Below, piece by piece: positions 60,594 through 64,000 of a stretch of DNA of 64,000 nt; the first letter of the stretch is position 1; each line of letters opens with the position of its first letter. The translations under genes and the position numbers were made by a program. The notes beneath the pieces are model-generated. The model searched no databases and was not told the origin of the DNA. It saw only the letters and a list, made by a program, of their open reading frames with translations. The DNA is from Spirochaetota bacterium (GTDB lineage Bacteria > Spirochaetota > UBA4802 > JAFGDQ01): assembly GCA_043803405.1 (NCBI GenBank), contig JAZDKB010000029.1:8106-72105 (forward strand), given 5' to 3'.

Positions 60594-63500
60594 TTATCCG
60601 AACAGATCGAGCTGGCCGTCGTCTTTCTTCTTTTTCTTTTCCCTTTTACCAAAAGCCAGCAAATTTTTCTCGAGCCTGTCCAGCAGCCTGCTTTTTTTCT
60701 GAGTCAGCAGGCGTCCTCTTATGAGCCTTTTTTTTGAAAAAGTCAGATACAGATTTTTTTTTGTCCTTGTCATTCCTACGTAAAATAAGCGTTCTTCTTC
60801 GGCGATTTCGCGTTCGTTCTTTTTGCCGAATAATTCAAACGGAATTACGCCTTCTTCGCATCCCGGAATGAACACTGTGTTGAATTCAAGGCCTTTTGAG
60901 GCGTGAATGGTTAGAACGGAAACAGCCTCAGCTTTATTATCCAGTTCGTCCACACCGTGGCGCAAAGACAGGCTGGAAAAAAACCTGTCGTAATCGTTGC
61001 CGAAACCCTGAGCGAAATTTGACATGCGCCTGCAGTTTTCATCGGCTGCATTTATGCTCTTCATCATTTCGCTCAGTATAATATTTATGTTCTCTTTTTT
61101 TTCAATCATCTGGGTTTCTTTAATGAATTTAAGCGTTGTGGTTTCGTAATTTTTAGTATGATAATATAACGAACGGAACCTTCTGATAACCTCGCTGAAA
61201 GGTTTTTCGCTGTAAAACGGGTCAGTGCCTATTACCTGATAAGCTATTCCGTGGTCGGCCAGAGCTTTTATTACAGGCGCGAACATTATGGATGTCCTGC
61301 ACAATATGGCAAAGTCCGAAAAGCTCCCTGTGCCGTCCTTCGCTTCTCCGTCGCTTATACCACTGTCCATTGAGAAGCTGCGAACGCCGCCCATCATTTT
61401 TTCGATCTGGGCAGCGATCCAGTCAGCCTCGCTTTTTTCAGTATCCGCCTGCTGAATGTTTACTTTTACTTTTTCATTCTTTCCGTTCAGGAATACCGTT
61501 TTCTCAAGTATCTGCCCTGCCGCTTTTATTATATTAGAAGGGCATCGGTAGCTGTCCGGAAGGCTGATCACATTTATCTGCGGAAATGTTTCTTTTATTT
61601 TTCCAATGTATTTAATATCCGAGCCTCTGAATCCGTAGATCGACTGATCAGGGTCGCCTATGGCGAACAGGTTGGGATTGTTTTTACCTGAAAGTTCCGT
61701 TATCAGTTCAAACTGTTTCGCATTGATATCCTGAAATTCGTCTATCAAAATCCACTGATGCTGCTTTCTGTATTTTGCGGCAATATCAGGATATGTCTGG
61801 AATAATTCAACAGGAAGCGAAATAAGATCATCAAGATCAAACGCGCCCCTGATCTGAAGATTTCTGTTGTAATCCACAAAAAAACTTATGTCTGTTTCTG
61901 CCGATATGCCCTGTTTGTATTTTTCTATTTCGATCGTTTTTTTGCCTGTCTTTTTAATATCACGTCCTGATGCGGCCGCGATCTCTTCAATGATCTCCTT
62001 TTTTTCTTCAGGATCGATTATGTAAAAATGTTCCGGCCTTTCGAATATTTTATAATGACTTTTTAGGACAGACATGCCGAAAGCGTGGAAGGTGCATATT
62101 GCCGGATTTATTGTGTCATTGTCTTCCCTGATTCTTGTGCGGATTTCGTCCGCAGCTTTGTTCGAAAAAGTAATTGCGAGAATGTTCGCAGGATCGATGC
62201 CCCGTTCCATTGTCAGATATTTGATGCGCTCAGTGAGTATCCGCGTTTTGCCCGATCCCGGTCCCGCAAGAACCATGCATGGGCCGCTGAAGTGTTTTAC
62301 TGCTTCCGATTGCTCCGCAGAAAGCTTTATGCCGGAGAATGATTCGTCCGGAACAATATCATTCAGATTTGTTTTTGCTTTTAAAGTCTGGAATTCGCGG
62401 ATGTTGAATTTAACAGATGATGATTTATTAGTCAGGTTGCCTGTGTCCTGCGCATCATTTGTCCCGAAAAGAGAACTACCTGCAAAAGAAGCAAGCTCTT
62501 CTTTGGAGAAAACCTTTATGCGGCCGAATTCGCCGTCGTAACCTTCGTCAATAAGCACATTACCGGTTCTTAGCTTTTTAATGCCTTCTGCTAAAAGCTC
62601 GCCCCCTGCGCTTTTAATGTCCTCAATGTCCGCAAATAAAAGAATATGGAATTCGGATCCGAGATTTTCGATTAACCTGAAATATTCGCTGCGTACGGTT
62701 TTATTGGAATTGCTTTTTTTATTCATCAGTTCGGCGAGAATATCCGGAAGCGATGTGATGGAATAGAACTCCCGTTTGTTTGCAAACTTTTCTTTGCCGT
62801 CGCGGTCTGCAAGCTCGGCTACGCGGTACATAACGCCCATAGTAACCGGTTTGCCACATACGGGGCACAATGCGTTATGCTCCAGGGTCTTAAGGGGGTC
62901 CCAGCACACACCGCATTTTCTGTGGCCGTCGTAATGGTACTTCCCCTCCTGCGGGAAAAATTCGATTGTGCCCAGAAATCCGTCCTTGCCTGAGAGCGCG
63001 TCATAAATTGATTTGTACGCTATTTCTGTTTCAAAAAGATTTGCTTCGCGGCCGAGTTTTTCCGGCGAATGAGCGTCCGAGTTGGAGATGAGCTTGAATT
63101 TGTCGAGAAAGCCGCATGTCCAGTTCATTGCAGGGTCGCTCGAGAGCCCAGTCTCAACTGCGAAGATGTGCTTTGTTAATTCGTCGTAGCATTCTTCTAT
63201 GGTGTCGAAACCGGATTTTGATCCGAGCACCGAGAACCACGGGGTCCATATATGGGCAGGCACAAGAAAAGACATGTCCGATGAATTCAGGACGATATCG
63301 AGCAGGATTTTTGAATCAAGCCCGAGTATGGGCCTTCCATCCGATTCAATGTTGAATTTCTTCAGGCTGTTTTGTACGAACTGTACTGCTTCAAAATCCG
63401 GGAACACGCATAAATTGTGAACTTTCCGGACTTTACCGGCTTTTTTGTATATGTTGCTGATTTCGCCTGTAAGCATGAAAAAGATTTGTTCAGGTATGTT

Positions 63501-63755
63501 TTTGTTTGCGAGTTTAATTGAAGAGTCTAGTTTATATTCATTTTTCAGGCGAAATAATCCATTTTCTGCAGGTTCCAGCTTTTCGCTTAGTTCTTTTAAC
63601 CATCCGGGATGTATGCAGTCGCCTGTACCGATAACATTCAGCCCTTTTATTCTTGCCCAGTACTCAAGATGTTCGGGTGTTAAATTTTTACTTGTAGCCA
63701 GCGAGAAATGCGAGTGTATATGAAAATCAGCAATGAATTTTTTCTCAGCAGGCAT
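60594..63755 (-). CDS. Endonuclease Q-like PHP/Zn-finger domain fused to a UvrD/PcrA-type helicase
   Basis: DFHIHS, GTGD, HIWTPWFS, SNSDAHS, GKYH..GHRKC..CPVC, GYDGEFG; AGPGSGKT, DEFQD, GDPDQSIYGFRG, TIHASKGLEF, YVGMTR. Confidence 0.9.
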   Translation of the reverse strand: MPAEKKFIADFHIHSHFSLATSKNLTPEHLEYWARIKGLNVIGTGDCIHPGWLKELSEKLEPAENGLFRLKNEYKLDSSIKLANKNIPEQIFFMLTGEISNIYKKAGKVRKVHNLCVFPDFEAVQFVQNSLKKFNIESDGRPILGLDSKILLDIVLNSSDMSFLVPAHIWTPWFSVLGSKSGFDTIEECYDELTKHIFAVETGLSSDPAMNWTCGFLDKFKLISNSDAHSPEKLGREANLFETEIAYKSIYDALSGKDGFLGTIEFFPQEGKYHYDGHRKCGVCWDPLKTLEHNALCPVCGKPVTMGVMYRVAELADRDGKEKFANKREFYSITSLPDILAELMNKKSNSNKTVRSEYFRLIENLGSEFHILLFADIEDIKSAGGELLAEGIKKLRTGNVLIDEGYDGEFGRIKVFSKEELASFAGSSLFGTNDAQDTGNLTNKSSSVKFNIREFQTLKAKTNLNDIVPDESFSGIKLSAEQSEAVKHFSGPCMVLAGPGSGKTRILTERIKYLTMERGIDPANILAITFSNKAADEIRTRIREDNDTINPAICTFHAFGMSVLKSHYKIFERPEHFYIIDPEEKKEIIEEIAAASGRDIKKTGKKTIEIEKYKQGISAETDISFFVDYNRNLQIRGAFDLDDLISLPVELFQTYPDIAAKYRKQHQWILIDEFQDINAKQFELITELSGKNNPNLFAIGDPDQSIYGFRGSDIKYIGKIKETFPQINVISLPDSYRCPSNIIKAAGQILEKTVFLNGKNEKVKVNIQQADTEKSEADWIAAQIEKMMGGVRSFSMDSGISDGEAKDGTGSFSDFAILCRTSIMFAPVIKALADHGIAYQVIGTDPFYSEKPFSEVIRRFRSLYYHTKNYETTTLKFIKETQMIEKKENINIILSEMMKSINAADENCRRMSNFAQGFGNDYDRFFSSLSLRHGVDELDNKAEAVSVLTIHASKGLEFNTVFIPGCEEGVIPFELFGKKNEREIAEEERLFYVGMTRTKKNLYLTFSKKRLIRGRLLTQKKSRLLDRLEKNLLAFGKREKKKKKDDGQLDLFG

Positions 63756-63860
63756 TGATTTCCTCTTTGAACCTGTTTCATAGTGCTTACTGCTTTTTTT
63801 TATGCGGATTTTTTGCGGGCATATTACGCGTTTTTTTTAATTCGCATACGAACTTGCGAA

Positions 63861-64000
63861 GAGAGTGTAATATTTTTTGTGTAAACAGATATTAGATATT
63901 CACTCTATCTCCAAAATGTATAGCAAACTGATTCAATGCAAGCCCCCATTCGACAATAGGCCTTGTCCATTTTCTGGATATATTTGTTATTGCCAGATAC
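63861..64000 (-). mobile_element. Right end of an IS256-family element (continues beyond the window)
   Basis: Terminal sequence gagagtgtaatattttttgtgtaaa at 63861, next to the transposase C-terminus. Confidence 0.85.
63892..64000 (-). CDS. IS256-family transposase, C-terminal fragment (not in the ORF track)
   Basis: Translates YLAITNISRKWTRPIVEWGLALNQFAIHFGDRVNI*. Confidence 0.85.
   Translation of the reverse strand, partial: YLAITNISRKWTRPIVEWGLALNQFAIHFGDRVNI

Noticed and set aside
1..64000. CRISPR array, tRNA, rRNA, reverse transcriptase or DGR template repeat
   Set aside because: None seen by eye; no RT motif in the ORF track and no second copy of the VR

Overview
Bacterial chromosomal window with three zones. 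(1) Positions 1-34300 are a very AT-rich, mosaic surface-glycan locus: about 13 GT2/GT4 glycosyltransferases, an AlgI/AlgJ-type O-acyltransferase pair, FnlA/FnlC plus an RmlD-like reductase, Gmd, an initiating phosphoglycosyl transferase, four SAM methyltransferase domains and several eroded gene or IS remnants. Embedded in it is a DUF1566/Lcl-type lipoprotein whose last ~45 codons look like the variable region of a diversity-generating retroelement (DGR); no reverse transcriptase or template repeat was seen in the window. (2) Positions ~37500-48800 form an island bracketed by the benzoyl-CoA pathway genes had (bamQ) and oah (bamA). Between them lie an isochorismatase-family hydrolase, a hybrid PAS histidine kinase, a cupin, an M24-fold metallohydrolase, a nitroreductase and two paralogous ~115-aa proteins (shared C-x3-HDPV motif) that I do not recognise. 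(3) The remainder holds housekeeping and signalling genes: HI0933-family flavoprotein, YgiQ, YugP-like peptidase, TPR lipoprotein, HNH, cNMP-like protein, purD, VWA-FHA, two PilZ proteins and an EndoQ-UvrD fusion. The window ends in the 3' end of an IS256-family element. A spirochaete host is suggested by gene content, but this is inference only. All calls come from reading motifs by eye; no searches were run.
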